Below, one piece after another: positions 42,851-53,148 of a DNA stretch of 64,000 nt (positions are counted from its first letter, which is position 1; each line of letters begins with the position of its first letter). This stretch comes from an uncultured SAR86 cluster bacterium. GTDB lineage: Bacteria > Pseudomonadota > Gammaproteobacteria > Magnimaribacterales > D2472. The position numbers and the translations under genes are program-made. The notes below the pieces were generated by a model that searched no databases, was not told where the DNA came from, and was given only the letters and a program-made list of their open reading frames with translations. The stretch covers positions 4,236 through 68,235 of the forward strand of contig CACOLO010000007.1 in NCBI GenBank assembly GCA_902628085.1. The letters are read 5' to 3'.

Positions 42851-43630
42851 CTACCTGAGGATTCCTCTTTCAGATGCCTGGATTGACTTTATGAAATTCT
42901 CTATATGAATATCTTGAGTTTGCTCAAAAAGTGAACTTAATTCCAAAAGCGCTTCTTCAATTTTTAAATTTTTTCTATACACCAATTTATATGCTTTTTT
43001 GATATTGCTAATTGAGTCATCACTAATATTTTTTCTAGACATACCTACAGAATTTATTCCAATCACCCTTGCAGGATCAGAAGCTACTTTTACATATGCT
43101 GGGACATCCATTGTAATTGACGAATTCATGCCTGCGAAACAAAAATCACCTAATTTGCAGCGCTGATGAACAGTTGTAATTCCTCCAATAGTGACGTTAT
43201 TTCCTACATGTACATGTCCTGCAAGCGAGGCAAGATTTGCAAAAATATTGTCATTTCCGACTATACAATCATGTGCAACATGAGCAAAAGGCATAAATAA
43301 ATTGTTTGATCCTATAGTAGTTACTGAATTGTCTTGAACTGTTCCTCTATGTACTGTGACTCCTTCTCTAAAAATATTATTATCACCAATAATTAGTTTT
43401 GTTTTTTCCCCTTTGAACTTTTTATCAGGAGTGTCATCTCCAATAGTTGAGAATTGATAAATACAATTATCTTTTCCAATTACTGTAGGGCCTTTAATGA
43501 CTGCGTGGCTAATAATCTTTGAGCCACTTTCAATCTGTACATCCTCTCCAATTGTACAAAATGGACCAATTTGCACATCTTTAGCAATTTTTGCTGAAGG
43601 ATCAATTATTGAGGTTGGGTGGATACTCAT
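42851..43630 (-). CDS. lpxA: UDP-N-acetylglucosamine acyltransferase
   Basis: Hexapeptide repeats, HVAHDC. Confidence 0.98.
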   Translation of the reverse strand: MSIHPTSIIDPSAKIAKDVQIGPFCTIGEDVQIESGSKIISHAVIKGPTVIGKDNCIYQFSTIGDDTPDKKFKGEKTKLIIGDNNIFREGVTVHRGTVQDNSVTTIGSNNLFMPFAHVAHDCIVGNDNIFANLASLAGHVHVGNNVTIGGITTVHQRCKLGDFCFAGMNSSITMDVPAYVKVASDPARVIGINSVGMSRKNISDDSISNIKKAYKLVYRKNLKIEEALLELSSLFEQTQDIHIENFIKSIQASERGILR

Positions 43631-44070
43631 AAAGCTTTTCTATCTGCACATAATATAGTCGCTGAACATACTATCTCATTGTTATGTTCAGCTCTGCAAT
43701 CAAATTTCCATATTCCTCTTTTTTCATTTACGACTTTGCTAAACAAATCTATTGTATCTCCAGGTCTTACCCTCTTTCTAAATCTAACTTTATCAACTCC
43801 TGCCAAGACGTATATAGATCCTTCTTCAGGAGTTTTATTCATTATAGTGAATCCTAAAATTCCAGATGCTTGACCCAAGGCTTCGATGATTATAACTCCT
43901 GGAAAAATTGGATTTCCTGGAAAATGACCCTGTAAAAAATATTCGTCAGGTTTAATTAATTTTCTAGCATGGATAGTTTCATTCTCATCTATTTCTACCA
44001 CTTCGTCTATAAAAAGAAATGGTTCTCGATGAGGAAGATATTTTTTAATATCATCTTGATTAAGAATCAT
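43627..44070 (-). CDS. fabZ: 3-hydroxyacyl-ACP dehydratase
   Basis: LPHREPFL, GHFPGNPIFPGV..EALGQ. Confidence 0.98.
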   Translation of the reverse strand: MILNQDDIKKYLPHREPFLFIDEVVEIDENETIHARKLIKPDEYFLQGHFPGNPIFPGVIIIEALGQASGILGFTIMNKTPEEGSIYVLAGVDKVRFRKRVRPGDTIDLFSKVVNEKRGIWKFDCRAEHNNEIVCSATILCADRKAL

Positions 44071-45002
44071 TTTTTACCTTTATTTTTTATAAATATTGAT
44101 GATTTTGCCCAGTCTTTATGATGCTGTGCTGGCATAATTCCAATATATTCTCCTGACTCACTAATGCTTTTGGTTATGAGCGTATGAGCTCCAACTTTTA
44201 CATCTTTGCAAATTTCAAGATGTCCCAAAACTCCAGACAAACCGCCCATTTGAAAATTTTCACCTATCTTTGTAGAGCCAGCTATTGCACATGAAGCAGC
44301 AATTGCAGAGTTTTTTCCAACTACTACATTATGAGCAACATGAACTTGATTATCAAAAATTACGCCATCATGAATTTCTGTGTTGTCAATTGCACCTCTG
44401 TCAATTGTGCAATTTGCTCCAATTTCAACATTTTTTCCAATAACTAATCCTCCAAGTTGCTCTATTTTTACGTATCCATTTTTTGTAGGTGCAAAACCAA
44501 AGCCGTCTGAACCAAGCACAGACCCATGATGAATTATTGAGTTTTCAGATATTGTTACGTTTTTTACGATTGAGCAATTTGCATTAATTATTACGTTTGA
44601 ACCTATATTACATCTAGGTCCAATATATACATTAGGGCCAATATATACATTTTTATCTATATTAGCCTCTTCAGATATAACAGCCGATGGATGGATTGTT
44701 GGAAAATTAATTTCGTCTTCACAAAAAAGGTTACTTATTTTTGCATATGCCAAATACGGATCTTCGCAAATTAAATAATTTTGATCGCTCTCTAAAGTAA
44801 AATCCTTAGATACGATTAATGCAGCTGCTTTTGATTCTTTTGAGTATTTCTTGTATTTATTATCAGTAACAAAAGATATAGAACTATCATTTGAATTAGA
44901 GATCGTAGCAATATTATCGACAACGCAACTGGGGTCACCCTTCAGAGTTGCATTTAGTATTTCCTGTAACTCGCCTAGATTAAAGCTGATAGATTTGGAC
45001 AC
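44067..45002 (-). CDS. lpxD: UDP-3-O-acyl-glucosamine N-acyltransferase
   Basis: DPYLAYA, GSDGFGF, IDRGA, DNQVHVAHN. Confidence 0.97.
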   Translation of the reverse strand: MSKSISFNLGELQEILNATLKGDPSCVVDNIATISNSNDSSISFVTDNKYKKYSKESKAAALIVSKDFTLESDQNYLICEDPYLAYAKISNLFCEDEINFPTIHPSAVISEEANIDKNVYIGPNVYIGPRCNIGSNVIINANCSIVKNVTISENSIIHHGSVLGSDGFGFAPTKNGYVKIEQLGGLVIGKNVEIGANCTIDRGAIDNTEIHDGVIFDNQVHVAHNVVVGKNSAIAASCAIAGSTKIGENFQMGGLSGVLGHLEICKDVKVGAHTLITKSISESGEYIGIMPAQHHKDWAKSSIFIKNKGKK

Positions 45003-45538
45003 TACTCAGATGTAGAGTTTGCCTCTGCAGCTGCTACATCAAGCATAGATGTAACATCATCAGTTAAATCTAAAGCTGGATCACTAAAAAGTAATGTCTC
45101 ATTCTTTGCCATCAAAACCTTAATCTGTTTTGCAGCTATAAGCTCACCAATAATCTTTTGCATTGCAGGACCAGAACTGGCAAAAACTTCTTGAGCAGTT
45201 TCTTCTTGAGCTTGCTGAATTTTTCCAGCTAAAAACTCCAAATCTTTTCCCTTATCTTGAATTTCTTTTTGCATTTGAGCTATTTCTTCTTGTGATAGTG
45301 TTTCTAACTCTTTTTGAAGTTTTTCAGCTATAGCCTGTCTTTCTGCTTGTAACGACTGAGCTTCTTCAAGATTTGATGAATAATCTGGGTCTTCTTCAAG
45401 AGCCTTAAATGCATCAGCAGCTGCTTGAGTTGATAAAACAGCGGTTCTCATATCAATTACTGCAACTCCATCCATAGCCATCAAAGGCACTGCTGCAAAC
45501 AAGAAAGCTATTAAGTATATTTTAGTTATATTTTTCAT
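45002..45538 (-). CDS. skp: periplasmic chaperone Skp/OmpH
   Basis: Signal peptide, VAVID, coiled coil, DLTDDV; between bamA and lpxD. Confidence 0.88.
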   Translation of the reverse strand: MKNITKIYLIAFLFAAVPLMAMDGVAVIDMRTAVLSTQAAADAFKALEEDPDYSSNLEEAQSLQAERQAIAEKLQKELETLSQEEIAQMQKEIQDKGKDLEFLAGKIQQAQEETAQEVFASSGPAMQKIIGELIAAKQIKVLMAKNETLLFSDPALDLTDDVTSMLDVAAAEANSTSE

Positions 45539-45574
45539 AAGTACCCCACATTGGATTTGAACATTTTATATTAA

Positions 45575-47995
45575 CTAGAAAACATTTCCTACTGTAAATT
45601 GGAATTCTTCAGTTCTCTCTTGAGGACCAGCATTAGTAGGTTTAGAAATAGCGAAACTCATTGGGCCAAAACCAGTAATCCATGTGATTCCGACACCATA
45701 AGAATATCTTAAGTCATCAATAGATGGTTTATAACAATTAATTTGATAATCTTTACAGTTATCTGAAAACACATTTCCAAAATCAAAAAAGAAAGCACTT
45801 CGCATTGATCTTTGGTCTTCAATAAATGGGAGTCTAAAGATCATTTGAAGACTTCCTTCAACTTTAATGTTTCCGCCAATAGGAGCATCTCTATATCTTG
45901 ATGTATTGTTAGCATATGGATTGTAGTATGGAGAGTCTAATTCACCATCTCCATCAGTATCTAAAAGATTTGGACATGTTCCTTCCTCATAATTAAATTC
46001 GTAACATGGAGCATCAGTGCTTCTTGGTCCAAGAGTATTTGATTCAAATCCTCTTAATGACCTAGGGCCACCTGCATAAAAGTTTTGAAAGAATGGTGTT
46101 TCTTCAGTTTCGCCATAGGCGCTTAAATATCCAAGCTCACCTTGAAATCCAAAAATTAAATCTGATGATAAAGGCTGGTAATATCTTTGTCTTAGGTTGA
46201 TTCTGTAATAATTCAGGTCACTTCCTGGGACGGTTGAACTTAAACTCAACGATGTAGAGGCACCATCAGTTGGAAATAATCCCCTATTTAACGTTACTGT
46301 TTGCCAACTCACTCCAGCACTTAATGTTTCAAAAACATTTCCCTCAGCTGCAACAAAATCATAGATCTCTCTGGCTGGTAAGCTCCCTATGTCAATATCG
46401 GTTTTATCATACGTCAAATTAAAACTTAGCCTTTGCGTATCTGATATTGGATAACCAAACTGAGCTCCAAATCCTGCAGAATTTGTCAAATAATTTGCAA
46501 TGTTAAATTCTCCATAGTCAGTTTCCCTAAAATATATGTTGTAACCTAAACTAACAGCATCTTTCGTTGCATAAGGATCAAGAAATGATATGTTGTAAAC
46601 TTCATTGTAAATACTTTTGTTTATACCGATTCCAACTGTATTTCCACTGCCAAGAAAGTTTTGTTCTTGTAAATTAAATCCTAACATCAATCCAAAGTCA
46701 CTGTAGCCAATATTCCCGCCTAAGCTTCCTGTTGTTTCTTCCTCGACACTATACAAAACATCTATTTGATCGTCTGTTCCCGGCACTGGAACAGTTTCTA
46801 CAGAAACTTCTTTAAAGTAACCTAGCCTTTCAAGTCTAACTTTTCCAGCCTCAATACTATTGTCAGAGCTCCATGCTCCCTCAAATTGTCTCATTTCTCT
46901 TCTTAAGACATGGTCTTGAGTGATTTCATTGCCTGTAAATAAGATCTTCCTTGTATATGTTCTTTTTCCAGGCTCTATCGTAAAAGTCAATTTAACTTCA
47001 TTAGACTCATCTTCAACTTCAGGATTGCCTTTTACCTCAGCAAAAGCATAACCTCTATTACCGAGTACATTAGTAAAAAATTCTTCTATTCCAGTAATAG
47101 TTGCCTGAGAATAAGTTTGCTCTTTCAATGAATCTGTAATATTTATATAAATTTCCTCTTCAAATGGGATTTCGCCAACAACTTCTACATCTTTGATTGT
47201 ATATTTTTGGCCTTCGTTAACATTAAAAGTAATATATATTTCCCTTTTATCTCGAGAGAGACTTATCTGAGAGGATTCTATTGAGAATTTTAGATATCCT
47301 CTGTCTCTGTAATATGATTCAAGTGTTTCAATATCGCCTTTTAATTTCTCTCTAGAATACTGATCATCATTAGACAGAAAAGAAAAAAATGAGCCTTCTG
47401 ATAATTCAAATCCTCTTAAAATTTCTTCAGTTGTGAAAATTTCATTTCCAATTATATTTATCTTTTCAATTTTTGCGCTCTTGCCCTCATCAACCTCAAT
47501 ATCTATTTCGATTCGATTTCTTGGTTTATTTATTTCTTCAATTTCTACGGTTGCTCCATATCTCCCGTTAGCTGAATATGATCTAACTAACTCTGACTTC
47601 ACTTTTTCTAAAGTTGATCTTTTATATACTTCTCCTTCTTTAATACCTACTCCGTCAAGACTCTCTAATAATTGTTCTGTCTTCAAAGCTTTGTTTCCAG
47701 ATAGTTCGATTGCTGATATGGATGGCCTCTCTTCTACAGTAATGATCAATGTATTACCTTCTTTTCCTATTTGAATATTGTCAAACTGTTCCGTAGCAAA
47801 TAACGACCGTACAATATCATTAGATTTACGTTGATCAATTCTGTCTCCAACGCTTATAGGTATTACATTAAATATACTTCCAGTTGAAACTCTCTGCAGA
47901 CCAACAATTCGAATATCACTTACAAGAAATTCATCAAAAGCATTGATATGTAAGCTTATGAGTAAAGATAAAAAAATTATTTTGAGTCTTTTCAC
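45575..47995 (-). CDS. bamA: outer membrane protein assembly factor BamA
   Basis: POTRA repeats, FYAGG..LRGF, C-terminal FQFTVGNVF; GTG start. Confidence 0.98.
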   Translation of the reverse strand: MKRLKIIFLSLLISLHINAFDEFLVSDIRIVGLQRVSTGSIFNVIPISVGDRIDQRKSNDIVRSLFATEQFDNIQIGKEGNTLIITVEERPSISAIELSGNKALKTEQLLESLDGVGIKEGEVYKRSTLEKVKSELVRSYSANGRYGATVEIEEINKPRNRIEIDIEVDEGKSAKIEKINIIGNEIFTTEEILRGFELSEGSFFSFLSNDDQYSREKLKGDIETLESYYRDRGYLKFSIESSQISLSRDKREIYITFNVNEGQKYTIKDVEVVGEIPFEEEIYINITDSLKEQTYSQATITGIEEFFTNVLGNRGYAFAEVKGNPEVEDESNEVKLTFTIEPGKRTYTRKILFTGNEITQDHVLRREMRQFEGAWSSDNSIEAGKVRLERLGYFKEVSVETVPVPGTDDQIDVLYSVEEETTGSLGGNIGYSDFGLMLGFNLQEQNFLGSGNTVGIGINKSIYNEVYNISFLDPYATKDAVSLGYNIYFRETDYGEFNIANYLTNSAGFGAQFGYPISDTQRLSFNLTYDKTDIDIGSLPAREIYDFVAAEGNVFETLSAGVSWQTVTLNRGLFPTDGASTSLSLSSTVPGSDLNYYRINLRQRYYQPLSSDLIFGFQGELGYLSAYGETEETPFFQNFYAGGPRSLRGFESNTLGPRSTDAPCYEFNYEEGTCPNLLDTDGDGELDSPYYNPYANNTSRYRDAPIGGNIKVEGSLQMIFRLPFIEDQRSMRSAFFFDFGNVFSDNCKDYQINCYKPSIDDLRYSYGVGITWITGFGPMSFAISKPTNAGPQERTEEFQFTVGNVF

Positions 47996-48003
47996 TCTTA
48001 TAC

Positions 48004-49359
48004 CTAGAAGAATCTTGAGATATCATTGAAGACAGCAAAAATCATCAACATCACTACAATTGCTGCGCCTCCGGTGTAAATCATATTTTCAGCTTTTTCA
48101 GGAAGTGGCTTGCCTCTTATAGCCTCGACTCCTAACAGTGTAAGTTGCCCTCCATCGAGAACAGGAATTGGTAGTAAATTTATTACAGCAAGGCTAATGC
48201 TGAGCAAAGCCATGAGATACATAAACGGTAAAAATCCTGCTTGGGCGGTGTTTCCAGCCATCTGTGCGATACCAATTGGCCCACTGAGATTCTCAGTCCC
48301 CATATTTCCTGAAAGCATTTTTCCAATAAATTGAAGTGTTTTGATACTTAAATTATATGTTTCATAAACTCCTTTATTAAGAGACTGAAGAAGACTTCTC
48401 GTTGTGCCGAAAGAAACTCCTAGAACACCTGACTCTTTTCCATCTCTTGTTACAGAACCAATAGTGATAGGCAAATATAACATTTCAGCTCCGCGTTCAA
48501 CTTTAAAAACCAAATTAGCATTAGGATTATTTGAAACTATATATCTGATGTCTTCAGCATATCTAACCTCTTTATCAGCAATGCTAATTATCTTGTCATT
48601 GGCCTGCAGCATACCTTTTTCAGCAGCTCCTCCATTAATAACACCTCCAATGTATGGCTGCATCTTATAATCAATACCAATTCCCAGATAATCCAAGGGT
48701 TCATTTTGAGATTCTGATGTTGGCAAAAAATCTTCAACAAAAATTTCTATATCAAAAGGTTCCTCAGATAATTCTCTGTGAATTTTTATGTTTAAGGGTC
48801 CTGTATATCCTGCATACGAAAGTAATTCTAAATTTACATCCTTGGCATCTTTGACAACCACATCATTAATTTCAAGAATTTGATCTGCAATCTCAAATGA
48901 ACTAGTTGATGTATAGTTTTTAACATCTTGATTTAAATTATTAATAACTGGAACACTTTGTGGATCAGGTGTGTTTAAAAAAATTAATGTAAATATAAAA
49001 ATTGACAGAATAAAGTTTGCAAGCGGTCCTGCAAACATTATTGAAGCTCTTTGCCACTTAGGCTTCGAATCGAATGTATTTTGAATCTGTTCCTCTGTTA
49101 ATTGATCTTTAACCTCAGGTTCTAACTCAATAAGTTTATTAGTAATCATTGAAACATAACCACCTAAGGGTATTGCAGAAAGTGCAAATTCTGTTCCATG
49201 TTTATCGTTTCTTTTATAAAAAACAGGACCCATACCAATTGAAAATCTTTGGACATGAACTTTGCACATCCTGGCAACAATAAAATGGCCAAATTCATGA
49301 ATAGTGACGAGTGCTCCTAGTAAAACTAAGAAAGCCAATATGTATATAAAAAAACTCAT
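48004..49359 (-). CDS. rseP: RIP metalloprotease RseP
   Basis: HEFGH, PDZ domains, NLLPIPVLDGG. Confidence 0.98.
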   Translation of the reverse strand: MSFFIYILAFLVLLGALVTIHEFGHFIVARMCKVHVQRFSIGMGPVFYKRNDKHGTEFALSAIPLGGYVSMITNKLIELEPEVKDQLTEEQIQNTFDSKPKWQRASIMFAGPLANFILSIFIFTLIFLNTPDPQSVPVINNLNQDVKNYTSTSSFEIADQILEINDVVVKDAKDVNLELLSYAGYTGPLNIKIHRELSEEPFDIEIFVEDFLPTSESQNEPLDYLGIGIDYKMQPYIGGVINGGAAEKGMLQANDKIISIADKEVRYAEDIRYIVSNNPNANLVFKVERGAEMLYLPITIGSVTRDGKESGVLGVSFGTTRSLLQSLNKGVYETYNLSIKTLQFIGKMLSGNMGTENLSGPIGIAQMAGNTAQAGFLPFMYLMALLSISLAVINLLPIPVLDGGQLTLLGVEAIRGKPLPEKAENMIYTGGAAIVVMLMIFAVFNDISRFF

Positions 49360-49372
49360 AATATAACAATTT

Positions 49373-50518
49373 TCAGGTTATCGATTTTACCACCTTCTTT
49401 GCTTTAATGCGTGTTTGCGTATCAGCCTCATGTATTGATTCAATCGATACGTCTTTAGACATGGAGTTATTATCAAAAGTTCGATGAATTACTTCATAAA
49501 TTTTATCAAAACTTATCTGATCATTTAGAAAACTTTCTACAGCTACTTCATTTGCAGCATTAAAAATTGTCCCAAGATGCCCGCCGCTATTACAAACTTC
49601 TCTAGCTATTTTTTGAATTTGTAATCTATCTTCTGGAAATGCATGAAATGATAAATTTAAATCATTAAAATCAATCTTCTCAAAATTAATTGGGAGTCTG
49701 TGCTCATTAGATAAAGCATGCGCAATAGGAACTCGCATATCAGGCATGCTCATTTGGCAAATACTCGAACCATCATTATAGGTTACAACTGAATGAACTA
49801 TGCTTTGTGGGTGAATAACAAGATCAAATATACTTTCCTCTAAATCAAATAAGTATTTAGCTTCTATTAGCTCAAGACATTTATTAACTAACGTTGCAGA
49901 ATCAATAGAAATTTTACTACCCATGTCCCAGTTTGGATGATTTAGAGCATCATCTTTGGTTACATCTTTTAAGTCTGAAATTTTTTTTCCTAAAAAAGGT
50001 CCTCCAGATGCAGTAATTATTATCTTTTGAACGTCATCGGGGCTTCTTTCACCAGATAAGCATTGAAATATTGCATTATGTTCGCTATCAATAGGAATAA
50101 TTTTAGAGTTAAATTTTTTAGCTCTAGCAGTGATTAAATCTCCTCCGGCAACGATACTTTCTTTGTTTGCAAGTAATATTTTTTTTCCTGTCGAGGCAGC
50201 TAAATAGGTAGCTTTTAGGCCTGCAAAACCAGAAATAGCTGAAATGATTACATCAACATCATCATGTTCGATAAGCTCTTTTAGCGAAGAGTCTCCATTA
50301 AGAAAAGTAATATCACTTGTATCTTTTTGGTCTTCAAATGTAGACCTGTCTTCAACATATGCAAATTCAGGTTTGAAATCTTTAATAATTTCCTGTGACT
50401 TATTTATGTTTTTGTAAAAAGTAATTCCAAATAAATTTAACTCTGAGTGGTTTTCTTTTATAACACTTAAAACACTGTCTCCAATGCTTCCAGTTGCTCC
50501 AAGTAACAAAATATTCAT
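49373..50518 (-). CDS. dxr: 1-deoxy-D-xylulose-5-phosphate reductoisomerase
   Basis: LGATGSIG, LANKES, PIDSEH, ASGGPF, HPNW.MG.KISIDSAT. Confidence 0.98.
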   Translation of the reverse strand: MNILLLGATGSIGDSVLSVIKENHSELNLFGITFYKNINKSQEIIKDFKPEFAYVEDRSTFEDQKDTSDITFLNGDSSLKELIEHDDVDVIISAISGFAGLKATYLAASTGKKILLANKESIVAGGDLITARAKKFNSKIIPIDSEHNAIFQCLSGERSPDDVQKIIITASGGPFLGKKISDLKDVTKDDALNHPNWDMGSKISIDSATLVNKCLELIEAKYLFDLEESIFDLVIHPQSIVHSVVTYNDGSSICQMSMPDMRVPIAHALSNEHRLPINFEKIDFNDLNLSFHAFPEDRLQIQKIAREVCNSGGHLGTIFNAANEVAVESFLNDQISFDKIYEVIHRTFDNNSMSKDVSIESIHEADTQTRIKAKKVVKSIT

Positions 50519-51162
50519 AATATTTGTGAAACGAGTATGACTTTAACTGGTGTTGCTAAAAGATGAGAGTCTATCCTGTCGAGAATGCCACCATGGCCTG
50601 GTAAAATACTACCAGTATCCTTTATCCCTATTTTTCTTTTGTAATGACTTATAAAAAGATCACCAATCAAAGCAAAAATTGAGCCAATAATGAAATAAAT
50701 AATTATTAAAAAATCAATATTGAAAATAAGGCAAATTAAATAGCTATAAAGACCACTAAATAAGATACCTCCAAATAAGCCTTCATATGATTTTTTTGGA
50801 CTCGTTTTTTTTGCAATTTGTGTTTTCCCAAAATTTGATCCAACAATGTAAGCAAAGGTATCAAAAATAGCTGTATTAATTATAATTAGAAGATAAAGCA
50901 GGTACGGTGAAATAATTTTCCCATCCTGCATAACTATAAAAATTATCGAGCAGATCCCGAAATTTAGTATTACAAATAGTCCAAGGACTTTATTATCTAG
51001 ATTATTTTTAATCCATTCATAAAAAGCTCCAAGACACACAACCGATATCAATAAAGAAAAAAATATTAAATTTTGATAATAGATAACAAAAACTATCGGC
51101 ATCATTATGATAAATGATGTAAAAATTCTTTTTATTAAATTTTGCTTATACTCGTTTACCAA
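50515..51162 (-). CDS. cdsA: phosphatidate cytidylyltransferase
   Basis: SPKKSYEG, KDTGSILPGHGGILDRIDS. Confidence 0.95.
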   Translation of the reverse strand: MVNEYKQNLIKRIFTSFIIMMPIVFVIYYQNLIFFSLLISVVCLGAFYEWIKNNLDNKVLGLFVILNFGICSIIFIVMQDGKIISPYLLYLLIIINTAIFDTFAYIVGSNFGKTQIAKKTSPKKSYEGLFGGILFSGLYSYLICLIFNIDFLIIIYFIIGSIFALIGDLFISHYKRKIGIKDTGSILPGHGGILDRIDSHLLATPVKVILVSQIL

Positions 51163-51865
51163 ATCTTCTACTCACTTTCTGGAAATTACTAACACATTCT
51201 TTGAAATCTTCTTTAGAGAATTCAGGCCAATATTTATCAATGAACATAATCTCAGCATATGCAATTTGATAAAGCAAAAAATTACTAATTCTTTTGTCGC
51301 CACCAGTCCTGATGAGAAGATCTATTTCATTTACAGGTGCGCATGAGCTCTCATGAATTTTGCTTTCATCAATATCATCTATGTTCAATTTTTTATCAAA
51401 AACCTCTTTACTAATTTTTTTTACCAAGTCCAATATATCTTGTTTTCCACCATAACTAAGAGCAACATTTAGATTTAATTTGTAATCTTCACAAAATGTT
51501 TCGGATTCAGCGAATTTAATTTTTTTAATAACCTTTTCACCAAAGTCTTCAGTATGTCCAAAAAATTTTAATTTTACTTTTTGTTCTTTAAGCTCAGGAA
51601 CTTGATCATTTATAGCATCTATAACTAATTTTTTAATTGCATTAATTTCTGATTTTGGTCTTTGCCAGTTCTCAGAGCTAAAGGCATAGATTGTTAAAGA
51701 ATCTATATTTTGCAAAATAGATTCCTCTACGATCTCTCTAACTGTTTGAACTCCTTTTTTATGTCCCTGACTAATTTTTAATGAATTTTTTCTGGCCCAT
51801 CTACCATTCCCATCCATAATGATGGCTACATTTTTTAGATTAACATTTTGATTTTTTATAGCCAT
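51146..51865 (-). CDS. uppS: undecaprenyl diphosphate synthase
   Basis: IMDGNGRWA, FSSENW.RP, IRTGG..RISNFL. Confidence 0.98.
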   Translation of the reverse strand: MAIKNQNVNLKNVAIIMDGNGRWARKNSLKISQGHKKGVQTVREIVEESILQNIDSLTIYAFSSENWQRPKSEINAIKKLVIDAINDQVPELKEQKVKLKFFGHTEDFGEKVIKKIKFAESETFCEDYKLNLNVALSYGGKQDILDLVKKISKEVFDKKLNIDDIDESKIHESSCAPVNEIDLLIRTGGDKRISNFLLYQIAYAEIMFIDKYWPEFSKEDFKECVSNFQKVSRRFGKRV

Positions 51866-51874
51866 GTGGCTTTT

Positions 51875-52429
51875 TTAGATTTCTAAAAGATCTGACTCTT
51901 TATTTTTTAATTCAGAGTCAACTATTGAAATATATTTATCAGTTTCTTTTTGAATTAAATCTTCTATTCTTCTAAGCTCATCCTCTGAAATTTCTGATGC
52001 CTGTTGTTTGTCTTTTACAGTTTGGTTAGCATCACGTCTAATATTTCTTATTGAAACTCTTGAATTTTCTGCTTCTGATCTTGCTTGTTTTATATAATTT
52101 TGTCTTGTTTCTTCAGTCAGTGCAGGCATGGTTACTCTAATCAAATCGGAACTTGAATTAGGATTAAGTCCTAAGTCTGAATTGAGTATAGCTTTTTCAA
52201 TCTCTGGCAATAAGCTCTTATCCCAAGGTGATATTACAAGAGATCTACCCTCTTCAATAGTTATATTTGAAGTTTGATTAATGGGAGTCATATTCCCGTA
52301 ATAATCAACTTTTACATCGTCTAAAATAGATGGATTAGCTCTTCCAGTTCTAATTTTATTAAAAGCATTTCTTAACGCAGATAAAGATTTATCCATTTTT
52401 TCAGAAACTTCTGTCAGAATCGTGTCCAT
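51875..52429 (-). CDS. frr: ribosome recycling factor
   Basis: IRTGRANP, ALTEETR, IRNIRRDA. Confidence 0.98.
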   Translation of the reverse strand: MDTILTEVSEKMDKSLSALRNAFNKIRTGRANPSILDDVKVDYYGNMTPINQTSNITIEEGRSLVISPWDKSLLPEIEKAILNSDLGLNPNSSSDLIRVTMPALTEETRQNYIKQARSEAENSRVSIRNIRRDANQTVKDKQQASEISEDELRRIEDLIQKETDKYISIVDSELKNKESDLLEI

Positions 52430-52431
52430 AC

Positions 52432-53145
52432 TTAAGATATTAGCGTACCTATTTTTTTACCACAAATTATATTTTTTAATGCATCTTGTTGATTAACATT
52501 GAACACTTTAATTGGAAGCCTATGATCTCTTGCAAGAGTAAGAGCTGTAGCATCCATAACTTTGAGATTTTTTGTAATTGCCTCATCAAATGTTAATTCG
52601 TCAAATAATTTTGCATCCTTATTGATTTCAGGATCGGAGTCATAAACTCCATCAACTCTGGTAGCTTTAAGCATGAGGTCTGATTGAGTTTCTATCGCCC
52701 TGAGACATCCAGCAGTATCTGTTGTAAAAAAAGGATTACCCGTACCAGCTGTAAAAATTACCACAAATCCATCTGAGAGTAACTGAATTGCTAGTCTTCG
52801 ATCATAGTGTTCCACAATCCCAGACATAGATATTGCTGACATCACTCTAGTTTTTATACCTGCTCTTTCAAGAGCATCTCGTAAAGCAATTCCATTCATA
52901 ACAGTTGCAAGCATGCCCATGTGATCGCCTGCAACTCTATCCATTCCAGCTTCGTTGAGTTTTTCACCCCTAAATAGATTTCCACCGCCTATTACAATTC
53001 CTATTTCTGTTCCAAGATCTCTGCACGATTTTACTGAATCAGCCATCTGATCAAGAATTTTTGGATCTATACCATGCTCATCATTACCAGCAACAGATTC
53101 ACCACTAAATTTAAGCAATATTCTTTTATGTTCAGTTTCAGACAT
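52432..53145 (-). CDS. pyrH: UMP kinase
   Basis: [31 protein letters not shown]. Confidence 0.98.
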   Translation of the reverse strand: MSETEHKRILLKFSGESVAGNDEHGIDPKILDQMADSVKSCRDLGTEIGIVIGGGNLFRGEKLNEAGMDRVAGDHMGMLATVMNGIALRDALERAGIKTRVMSAISMSGIVEHYDRRLAIQLLSDGFVVIFTAGTGNPFFTTDTAGCLRAIETQSDLMLKATRVDGVYDSDPEINKDAKLFDELTFDEAITKNLKVMDATALTLARDHRLPIKVFNVNQQDALKNIICGKKIGTLIS

Positions 53146-53148
53146 TTT

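Noticed and set aside
45740-45775. Second Cys pair in BamA (NCKDYQINC)
   Set aside because: Loop disulfides of this type are already known in other gammaproteobacterial BamA proteins.
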